From contig JAUVXV010000001.1 in the NCBI GenBank assembly GCA_030603365.1, forward strand, positions 96,001 to 160,000: a DNA stretch of 64,000 nucleotides, read 5' to 3'. This document shows, in pieces, positions 56,220 through 64,000 of the stretch. Every line of letters begins with the position of its first letter. Positions within the stretch are counted from its first letter, which is position 1. The notes under the pieces were generated by a model. The model saw only the letters and a list, made by a program, of their open reading frames with translations, had not been told where the DNA came from and did no database searches. The position numbers were made by a program, and so were the translations under genes. Source of the DNA: Candidatus Heimdallarchaeota archaeon. Lineage in GTDB: Archaea; Asgardarchaeota; Heimdallarchaeia; Heimdallarchaeales; Heimdallarchaeaceae.

Positions 56220-59003
56220 CTACTTAAACCAATTATCAAGTGATTTCTGACCCTCAATTGATTCATCCCATGAGATACCAATTGTGTCCAGTAATTGTAT
56301 CAAAGTAGATTTTAGTAGTTCTTTAACTTTCGGTATATCTACGTCAGTTTTCTTAGCTAATTGAAGTGGTTTGACAGAACACTCACTACTACCAGTAATT
56401 TTGTCAGATAGTTTAATTGAATGTGATATTCTAAACGGTTTGGTTTTGATAAAACTAATAAAACTTCCAATGGTGGGTTTTTCGCCATCAGGAGAATTGA
56501 TTATTAGTTGAATTGCTGCCTGAAGTGGTTGAGTCCAACTCTCGTATTGATCTATTTTCTTAGATAATGTAACAGTAATAGCTAGGTCCTCTAATTCAAA
56601 CTCTTTCTTTGAAATCTTCTGAACAACTCTCTGAATTGTTTTGATAATACCAGATTTTGCGTTTTCAAGTTCTTTTGGAGTTTGAACGTCTGTTAAAATC
56701 TCCAGAGCTTTCTCAAAAGGTTTTTTAGCTAATTCAGGCGTATTCTTCTTTTTACCCATCAACCCTTTAACTATAGGAATACCCTTTGTTGTTATTCCAA
56801 AATAGTTTTTCTTTCTGTCTGAAAGGCAACAATATCTGAAAATATAGTCAGTACCAAGTTCAATTTGAAAGGTGTCCATGCTCCATTGCTCTAGTTCTTT
56901 AATGTTCTCGGGTGTTGGTTTATGAACAAATATACTGTCAGTATCACCATAAAGAACATTTAAACCTAATTTCTCTTCAGTATATTGCTTGGTTTTTGAT
57001 ATTGCTTCTCGTGCAAAAGCTGCAGTTGATTCTGCTACAGGAGGACAATACAACGCAAAATTATCTGAACCAAATACACCATAGGAAGCGTTTAGTAAAA
57101 CTTTTAGTGAGGATTGGATTACATCACTCAAATTTCTCTCTTCTTTACTTAAAGTTGAATCTTTCACTCTATCTTTGAACCAATAGACCCTAATATCTCG
57201 AATAAATCCAACAAGCATAGAACTTATTCCAACCTGTTTTTCACAAATCCAATGGTTTGTCTCTGGGATTTTGTTTTTCTTACACTCAGGGTGTTTACAA
57301 TTAATAGTTTCATAAGATAGATTTCTTGTTTTTATAATTGACGGATAAAGACTTGCAAAATCGAGAGTATAAACATTCCACCATATTCCTGCTTTAGGTT
57401 CTATAACTATTGCACCTTGATACTTCTTCCCTTTTATAATCGCTTCTGTAGAAGTATCTCCTTTAAGTAGCAAAATATCTTCTCTTCTAGGGATTAAATT
57501 ATTTCTGATTCTGTGCTCATAATACATCCAATTCTGAATCCATATACTAATGCTTGCTCTGGTAAAGTCATCAATTGGCATTTTTGTGATTCTTGAAAGC
57601 ATAATGATGAGTTCTATTACTTGATTGTTGTTGAAACTTGTTAATTCAAATGTTATTTCAGCATCACGGGCATTATATTCTATAAGTTCTTCAAGTTCTA
57701 AATCCCAAATTTCCTTTTCATGTTTTAGCTTTTCTTTTCCTAGCAATGTTCTTCCTAGCTCATCGAGAGTGTTGCGGTCATATGCACCTCCAAACGCGTA
57801 AATGCGAATTGCTGGTTGTCTGAAGAATCTATACAAATCAAGATGGATTCCATTTACTAGATAAACATCTTGTGTTCTTGTTCTAATAAATGGAATTAAG
57901 CTTTCTTTTATTTCCAATCTTTTTGCACGGCTGTCTAAATATAGAAAATCAAAGCTATCTCCATTAAATGTAGCAACAATCGGATATTTGCTTATTTCTT
58001 TGAAAACCGCAATTAACAAATCCGCTTCATTATCGAATTCCTTTATCTTCTTAGTTATTAAATTTCTATCAATCTGCTTCTTTTTCTCATTTAAAACATA
58101 TACACAAGTTTCTCCTTTCTCCTTAGTTATACCGATAGAAATGACTTTTTGCTTTGCTACATGAGGATCAGGTATTTTGTTCTTTTCACTTTCCACTTCT
58201 ATGTCTACAGAACATCGTTTTAATGAAGGAATAGGTGCAAAAAATATTGGTAGGTATTGTTCTACAAGTTCTAAAATTTCTGAAGATTGTCCCTTGAAAA
58301 TCTCAAGTATGTTATTCTTAACAGTGTCTTCTATTTTGGGTTCTTTTCTAACAAGTTTATTGTCTTTAATTTCATAGAAAAGTCCAGGAACTAGAGCATT
58401 GTCATAAATATAATTCAAATGATATCTTATATTTGCTTCAAAAGCGGGAGTTATTTTTTCTCTAAAACTGTTATCTCTTCCTCCAACTGCTAGAGGATTT
58501 GTTGCTAAGACTTTTGTTAATGACAACTCTTTTTCATTCAACCGACTATATTTCTTTACAACTTCACATCCAACAAATTCCTTTTGATTCTTTAGTGTAT
58601 TTTCTACATCTGTTTTTTTCATAGTTGTTAATAAATAAGGAAGATGATTTGTTGAATCATACCATCTATAGACTTTTTCATCATCAGGATTATACAATTT
58701 AACATAAGCCTTCTCGCTTTTTCCATGATATTTAACATCAATTAAGTAAGAAGCAGAAAGATTTTCAGGAGCCAGAATAACAAAATCACTACCTTTCTCT
58801 TCTAAAATCTGTTCAGTTTTATCAAAAACCTCCTCCTTCTCAAACCCATTACTTTCATTATTCTGCTGATTTTTACTTTCTACTTTTTTGTTTAAATCCG
58901 TATTTTCAGATTTGCTAGACTGTGAATTTTTGTTTTGAGGATTTTTAATAAAACTCATTAAATCTCTATCATTTTGATTGTCTTTTTTGTTATTTTGGCT
59001 CAA
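56220..59003 (-). CDS. polB: Family B DNA polymerase (PolB1-like)
   Basis: DIE, FNGDSFD, DFASLYPSII, KVLLNASYG, YGDTDS, KKNY. Confidence 0.96.
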   Translation of the reverse strand: MSQNNKKDNQNDRDLMSFIKNPQNKNSQSSKSENTDLNKKVESKNQQNNESNGFEKEEVFDKTEQILEEKGSDFVILAPENLSASYLIDVKYHGKSEKAYVKLYNPDDEKVYRWYDSTNHLPYLLTTMKKTDVENTLKNQKEFVGCEVVKKYSRLNEKELSLTKVLATNPLAVGGRDNSFREKITPAFEANIRYHLNYIYDNALVPGLFYEIKDNKLVRKEPKIEDTVKNNILEIFKGQSSEILELVEQYLPIFFAPIPSLKRCSVDIEVESEKNKIPDPHVAKQKVISIGITKEKGETCVYVLNEKKKQIDRNLITKKIKEFDNEADLLIAVFKEISKYPIVATFNGDSFDFLYLDSRAKRLEIKESLIPFIRTRTQDVYLVNGIHLDLYRFFRQPAIRIYAFGGAYDRNTLDELGRTLLGKEKLKHEKEIWDLELEELIEYNARDAEITFELTSFNNNQVIELIIMLSRITKMPIDDFTRASISIWIQNWMYYEHRIRNNLIPRREDILLLKGDTSTEAIIKGKKYQGAIVIEPKAGIWWNVYTLDFASLYPSIIKTRNLSYETINCKHPECKKNKIPETNHWICEKQVGISSMLVGFIRDIRVYWFKDRVKDSTLSKEERNLSDVIQSSLKVLLNASYGVFGSDNFALYCPPVAESTAAFAREAISKTKQYTEEKLGLNVLYGDTDSIFVHKPTPENIKELEQWSMDTFQIELGTDYIFRYCCLSDRKKNYFGITTKGIPIVKGLMGKKKNTPELAKKPFEKALEILTDVQTPKELENAKSGIIKTIQRVVQKISKKEFELEDLAITVTLSKKIDQYESWTQPLQAAIQLIINSPDGEKPTIGSFISFIKTKPFRISHSIKLSDKITGSSECSVKPLQLAKKTDVDIPKVKELLKSTLIQLLDTIGISWDESIEGQKSLDNWFK

Positions 59004-59207
59004 AATTGTTATACCTCTTTAGACTTATGCAACCTTAATTGATATTCCTGTTCTAGCTTAATTTTTATCAAGTCTTCATACATATCAATATATCGCTTTC
59101 CTATTAAATTTCACTGAATGGTTACCTATTCTAAATACTAACTGATTTTTTTATTAATAAATCCATCAAATTTTTCTTTTCCCGCTAATTTTATTTATGA
59201 TGACATA

Positions 59208-59654
59208 TTGGAATTATATATGAAATCAAAGACTGATCAATTGGTTAAAGTACACTACCTAAGATTGATGAAGGGAGAAGATTTACTAGCAAGTATAATT
59301 ACCTATTGTAAAGACAAAGACATTTCTTCTGGTTCAGTGCATGGTATTGGTGCCATAGGTAATCCCTCACTTGGATATTTTGATTTAGAAACTCAAACTT
59401 ATCAGACAAATAATTATGATTTCAATGCAGAACTAGTTAACTGCACCGGGAACATTGCAAAAAATAGAGAAACAGGGGAAATAATTGCCCATTTGCACAT
59501 GGTTGTAGGTGATTCTAAAGGTAAAACATATGGGGGGCATGTTATGCCCAATAACAAGATAAGTGTAACAGGAGAATTTGTTATCTTTGAAACAGCAATT
59601 GGTAATTACCGTACTCTTGATGAAGATTTCCAATTACTTCTACTAGATTTGTGA
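59208..59654 (+). CDS. PPC/DUF296 domain protein
   Basis: RLMKGEDL, GIGA, HLH, YGGH. Confidence 0.9.
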   Translation: MELYMKSKTDQLVKVHYLRLMKGEDLLASIITYCKDKDISSGSVHGIGAIGNPSLGYFDLETQTYQTNNYDFNAELVNCTGNIAKNRETGEIIAHLHMVVGDSKGKTYGGHVMPNNKISVTGEFVIFETAIGNYRTLDEDFQLLLLDL

Positions 59655-59797
59655 TTAGACTAATGGATCTCATTTCTATTTCTTCTTCCCGTTAATTGTA
59701 ATTATCAATTCAACAGAAGCTTTTCTTCTAATAAATTAAAATCCTCTAACAAACTTTTAATAAGGTAAAAAGTGTTTATCATATCAAAAGCAACATC

Positions 59798-60811
59798 GTG
59801 GTCATAGTGACAGATATACTACAAACTATCCTTGAAAGTGGAGCAATTCTAGTGATTGATCCAACAGTTATTCAAACAAACCCTGATGATTTTCTAGATC
59901 ATTATGGACATATTTTAGATGTGATTGCACTCGTTGCAAAAGGTAAATCTGGATTTACTTTCTATCAAAGCAACAGTGCTCCACGAGATAAGACAAATGG
60001 AGTATTTTTCCATTCCTTCTGTACAATAGCAGATAATATGGGAATAAAAGTAGATGCGATTGTTAATTCTTATAGCGATAATTTTCTATCACAAAATGCT
60101 GATTTTCAAGTAGTAAGCAGTGATGGAGCTACTATTTCTTCATTTGCATGCCCAAGTCAAGAGAGTTTCAGCCGGTATTTGGCTTCCATTTCCTATGAAG
60201 TAGCTCACTATCCAATAGACGGATTAATTCTTGATGATTTAATGCTCCCTAATAAAAAAACATGTTTCTGTGATAGGTGTCGTCGATTGTTTGCTAGTAA
60301 ATGGAACATTGAACGTGATTTCAGTTTTGAATATCTAGAATCTAAGGATTTATTGACAAATTGGAATGATGAACGATCTACTTACATAAATCAAACTCTA
60401 AAAGAAGTTACTGATACAGTTAAAGGGTTGAAAAACATCGATATTTCCATAATAATGAAAACAGATAAAGAAACTGAATCTTTAATCGGTTCTCATGATC
60501 ATTTCGGTCAGAATATTGTTGAATTAGCGAAAATTACAAGTAATTTGATATTACATGTAAACCCTTGGAGCGAGATTTCTCCCTCTAAGACTGATCCTGG
60601 ATATCAACAATTACTAACTTCTTTATCAGTACTGAGTGAATACTCAGGAACAGGAATTAAACCCTCACTTTATTTCTGGAATATCACAACACCTGAGAAA
60701 GTCGAAACCGCAATACAACTAAAAGATGATTTAAAAGCAGAAAAATTGTATATCGATTCATCTTTACCACATGATTTTACAAAAAGAAGGACTATCAATC
60801 TAGGGTTTTAA
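59798..60811 (+). CDS. Glycoside-hydrolase-like TIM-barrel protein
   Basis: ACPS, YPIDGLILDD, CFCDRC. Confidence 0.6.
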   Translation: MVIVTDILQTILESGAILVIDPTVIQTNPDDFLDHYGHILDVIALVAKGKSGFTFYQSNSAPRDKTNGVFFHSFCTIADNMGIKVDAIVNSYSDNFLSQNADFQVVSSDGATISSFACPSQESFSRYLASISYEVAHYPIDGLILDDLMLPNKKTCFCDRCRRLFASKWNIERDFSFEYLESKDLLTNWNDERSTYINQTLKEVTDTVKGLKNIDISIIMKTDKETESLIGSHDHFGQNIVELAKITSNLILHVNPWSEISPSKTDPGYQQLLTSLSVLSEYSGTGIKPSLYFWNITTPEKVETAIQLKDDLKAEKLYIDSSLPHDFTKRRTINLGF

Positions 60812-60813
60812 CA

Positions 60814-62205
60814 ATGTCTCTTGAAAAAGCTATAGAAGAAATTAAGAAAATGTTTTGGGGAGTATTAAAGGGTCAATTTAATCCTGAAGAAGAAGAAGAT
60901 GTTAAAACTCATCTTATAACAAATTTGGCTACTTTAACTTCTTATGCCAAAACTTGTTTACCTCCAGATCAAAAGAAAGAATATGAAAAACACTTCTCTA
61001 AGGCGAAAAATATTCTCCTGAAATTCGATAGTGCAGGTCCATGGTTTAGAGAACTTCCTGAAATGATTGATACTGTTTATAATGTCATAACATATGCAAA
61101 TATGCTCCAAATCGAATATCACCGCTTTAATGGTACAGAAAATGATACTATACAGTATATTTATACAAAATTAGAAACTTTGGAAATGCAAGTTAATTCA
61201 CTTATTGAAGATTTAAAGAAAATTAAGAGTCTAAAGTCAACCTCAATTCCAGCTGATCAACCCATATCTATTGATGAACCTCTAAAGGAAACCGTCGAGA
61301 TAGAAGAACAATTAGAACTTGAACCTGAAGAAGTTCAAGTGTTTGACGAACCTATAGAAGAAACCCCTATCGAAATAAAGGAAATTGAGAAAGAAACAAA
61401 AGTTGTATCGCAAATTGATTCTGAAATAATTGAGGATGTTGAAATTCCTGAAGAAGAAGAAGTTCTAGAAGAGCCTGAAGTAATGGAAGATGATGCACAG
61501 GATTTGATAGAAGGTATAGAACTCGCATCTCAATATGAATTTGAACAAGAACCCTTTATGCAAACTATAGAATCTGAACAGGAAGCCTTGAAACAACTAG
61601 CTAATTTACTTTCAGCTCTTGATCCTGGTGACGACATCGTAATTTCTCCACTTACAGAGAAATTGATGACTATAGGTGAGGATGCTGCAGAAGATGTGGA
61701 AGAGATTCCATCGATTGAAGGTAGTGTCATTGTTGAAGAGGGTTTAAGTGACGAAGAAATAGCTGAAGTACATGAATTCCGTTCTTCCGTATCACGTTTA
61801 ACTCATGTTCTGACAACTCCACAGGAAACTGAAGATGCTGCTGAATTTGTTTCTTCAATTAAGAAAACTATCGCAGATGTTTCAAAGGATAAAGATCTTG
61901 AAGATGGTGAAAAATCCCCACTTACTAAATTGATCGAGGCCGAAACAGGAGAAGTAGGAGAAATAGAAACACCTCCAGTTCAATCAGAGGACATTGAAAA
62001 TGTCGTTAAACATCTTGAAACTCGAAGACAAAAAGCACTAGAAAGAATACAACAATTGGAAGAAGCTCTTAATTCTGAAAAAATCGATGAAGAAGAATGG
62101 CAAGAACTTCGAATAAAAGCTGAGAAACATATGCTAAGAGTCGAGGACACATTAGATGGATACAGGAGATATTTAGCTAAGTTACAGACTAAATCTACGG
62201 ACTAA
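60814..62205 (+). CDS. Acidic low-complexity / coiled-coil hypothetical protein
   Basis: E-rich centre, helical termini. Confidence 0.7.
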   Translation: MSLEKAIEEIKKMFWGVLKGQFNPEEEEDVKTHLITNLATLTSYAKTCLPPDQKKEYEKHFSKAKNILLKFDSAGPWFRELPEMIDTVYNVITYANMLQIEYHRFNGTENDTIQYIYTKLETLEMQVNSLIEDLKKIKSLKSTSIPADQPISIDEPLKETVEIEEQLELEPEEVQVFDEPIEETPIEIKEIEKETKVVSQIDSEIIEDVEIPEEEEVLEEPEVMEDDAQDLIEGIELASQYEFEQEPFMQTIESEQEALKQLANLLSALDPGDDIVISPLTEKLMTIGEDAAEDVEEIPSIEGSVIVEEGLSDEEIAEVHEFRSSVSRLTHVLTTPQETEDAAEFVSSIKKTIADVSKDKDLEDGEKSPLTKLIEAETGEVGEIETPPVQSEDIENVVKHLETRRQKALERIQQLEEALNSEKIDEEEWQELRIKAEKHMLRVEDTLDGYRRYLAKLQTKSTD

Positions 62206-62209
62206 GACG

Positions 62210-62647
62210 ATGATCATGAAAGAAGTCTTCCTTACTCATTACTACTACGGTGATAGATTAACAACTTTCAAGACTGGTTTAGGTACTGTAATTCGAACTA
62301 AAGGTCATTCAATGAATGTCAAAACAGTCATAGTGAATGACTCATTTCACTGGTTAGAAAATCAAAATCAATTTGAAGCTTTTAATCCCATTTTACTAGA
62401 TGTTAACAAAAATAAAGAGATATTAGTTGTTCTTCGAGAGTTAGTTGGTTCTCTAGAAGAAACTGTTTTTCTAATTGCTAATTTTGATTTAATAATCGAG
62501 AAAGGAATTATTAGTTTGGAAAATTTTATTGATCTTCTAAAAGAAAAAAATGAATCTACTGAAATTCTCTTGACTGGCGAAATTGATTACCCTGAATTAA
62601 GAACAATAGCAGATTATGTAAGTTGTATTCAATCAGTTGAAAACTAA
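62210..62647 (+). CDS. Degenerate CobO/BtuR-like protein
   Basis: TEILLTG...PELRTIADYVS; Walker A and LDE motifs lost. Confidence 0.55.
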   Translation: MIMKEVFLTHYYYGDRLTTFKTGLGTVIRTKGHSMNVKTVIVNDSFHWLENQNQFEAFNPILLDVNKNKEILVVLRELVGSLEETVFLIANFDLIIEKGIISLENFIDLLKEKNESTEILLTGEIDYPELRTIADYVSCIQSVEN

Positions 62648-63502
62648 ATCAATTGCTCTATGTGCTACTCTTGGTGCTAGCCATCTAATTAATCTTGATG
62701 ATTCTATCTGAAAGTTGGATGAAATTTGACTTCTATTCAGAATCTCGTCAACTCTATTTTCAAATGTTTGATTATTTATTTCCTTATTTGATGTTTTTTC
62801 AGTTATTTGCCAGTGGATATTACCCTTACCATTTTTCAATGCTTTGTATGCAATCGGAAGTGATTTTTCTGCTTCAAGCGGTAAGGGAAGTAAGATTCTG
62901 TCCATCTTGTTGTTGAATAATTTAGGAACAACATTGAACGCGTCCCCTAGATAAGCTTCTACTCTACCAACGCACTTGTTTAACTCAATATTTCTTACAA
63001 GATACTGATATGCGTTTGTATTTAATTCAATACTGTACACAATACAATCATTACAGTTCGTAGCAATTGCTATACTAAAGGGACCTACACCAGAAAAGAA
63101 ATTTAATATTTTTTCTCCTTTTGTCACCAATTTTGCGATTCTTTGTCTTTCAAAACTTAACCTTGGAGAGAAGAATGAAGTTGAAATATCAACTAGGTAA
63201 CTATTTCCATATTCCTTGTAAACTGTTTCGAATGTCTTATTTCCCATGAAATGCTCAAGTTTTCTAGTTCTCTCGAATCCCCCAACTTTAGATGTTTGAA
63301 GAGTTACTGTGCTAATACTAGGGTACTTTTGCATCATTCTATTTGAGAATTCTGTTAGTTTTGATTCATCAGTTTGCTCTCTTATGATAAGTATGCTTCC
63401 TATGATTTCATACACTATATCTTTCATACTTATCTCCAAAGGAAATTTTAGCTTATTCTGTAATTTCTCGGATTGCTGGCCCCTTATATATTGCTTTGTC
63501 AA
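62633..63502 (-). CDS. trm5: Trm5/TYW2 (Met-10) family tRNA methyltransferase
   Basis: FFSPRLSFERQRI, FSGVGPFSI, IELN, DRILLPLP. Confidence 0.8.
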   Translation of the reverse strand: MTKQYIRGQQSEKLQNKLKFPLEISMKDIVYEIIGSILIIREQTDESKLTEFSNRMMQKYPSISTVTLQTSKVGGFERTRKLEHFMGNKTFETVYKEYGNSYLVDISTSFFSPRLSFERQRIAKLVTKGEKILNFFSGVGPFSIAIATNCNDCIVYSIELNTNAYQYLVRNIELNKCVGRVEAYLGDAFNVVPKLFNNKMDRILLPLPLEAEKSLPIAYKALKNGKGNIHWQITEKTSNKEINNQTFENRVDEILNRSQISSNFQIESSRLIRWLAPRVAHRAIDLVFN

Positions 63503-64000
63503 AAGCGATTCTTCTCATCTGAGGTTGAGTACTAATCTCTTCATAATAGTGAGCAGTTAATCCTGCAGTTCTTCCGAAGACAAAAACAGCTTTAGCCAAC
63601 TTGGGATCTATTTCCATGTCTGCAATAATAGCTCCAATTACACCATCTACATTGATTGGAAGATTCATCCCTCTAACTCTATAGAAAGAATCGCTTATAA
63701 TTCTTGAAACTTCTACACATTCTTTTGCGTATCCTGCTTTTTTCGCAAAATCCCAAAGGACATCTCTTCTAGGATCTTGTGTATGGATTCTATGACCTAA
63801 TCCTTCAATACGTTTCCCAGCTTTAATAGTTTCTTTGATTAATTCGAACGTTGTTTCTTGAAGATCTGTTGCTGTTTCTTTTGATTTCTTCACTACCGAG
63901 AGCATGAATTCTGCAGCTTTTTGACCTGCTCCTCCATGTACGTCCGTTATAGCTTGGATACCAGCTGAAATTGCTACTTCATAGTTAGCTCGGGTCGATG
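63453..64000 (-). CDS. Citryl-CoA lyase / citrate synthase family, C-terminal part (truncated by window edge)
   Basis: VHGGAG, GLGHRIH..DPR, INVDG, RTAGLTAH. Confidence 0.85.
   Translation of the reverse strand, partial: STRANYEVAISAGIQAITDVHGGAGQKAAEFMLSVVKKSKETATDLQETTFELIKETIKAGKRIEGLGHRIHTQDPRRDVLWDFAKKAGYAKECVEVSRIISDSFYRVRGMNLPINVDGVIGAIIADMEIDPKLAKAVFVFGRTAGLTAHYYEEISTQPQMRRIAFDKAIYKGPAIREITE

Noticed and set aside
56220-59003. Inteins in polB, radA or hef
   Set aside because: Lengths and motif spacing leave no room, and no intein terminal motifs were seen.

Overview
AT-rich archaeal chromosome segment, most likely Asgard (Heimdallarchaeia-like). This assignment is inferred from archaeal core genes occurring together with eukaryotic-signature proteins: a gelsolin-like domain, an E2 ubiquitin-conjugating enzyme, a Rab-like GTPase and a TRAP-beta-like protein. 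Contents: aspS (partial), pyrH, aRF1, intron-containing tRNA-Ile, Hef, valS, the uL22-uL15 ribosomal protein cluster, an in-place inverted secY-cbf5 block, tRNA-Ser, rps13-rps4-rps11, a ~7.4 kb accessory island, tyrS, an NSUN-type methyltransferase, the queE-mptA-DUF366-queD-queC cluster, radA, polB, trm5 and a partial citryl-CoA lyase. The most striking signals are: (1) the island after rps11 is punctuated by recoded or decaying copies of the rps11 3' end plus terminator, which looks like a cassette array built by serial insertion into the rps11 tail; (2) its first cassette encodes tandem classical C2H2 zinc-finger arrays, one fused to a PD-(D/E)xK-like domain (a possible natural zinc-finger nuclease), and the code-predicted site of the 4-finger protein matches the rps11 tail; (3) multi-stem RNA structures precede rpl22, rps17 and rps13; (4) a 64% GC, NCG-codon patch sits inside secY; (5) several ribosomal proteins carry repeat or acidic extensions, including an uS4-HhH fusion. 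All calls come from reading the sequence; no searches or folding programs were run.
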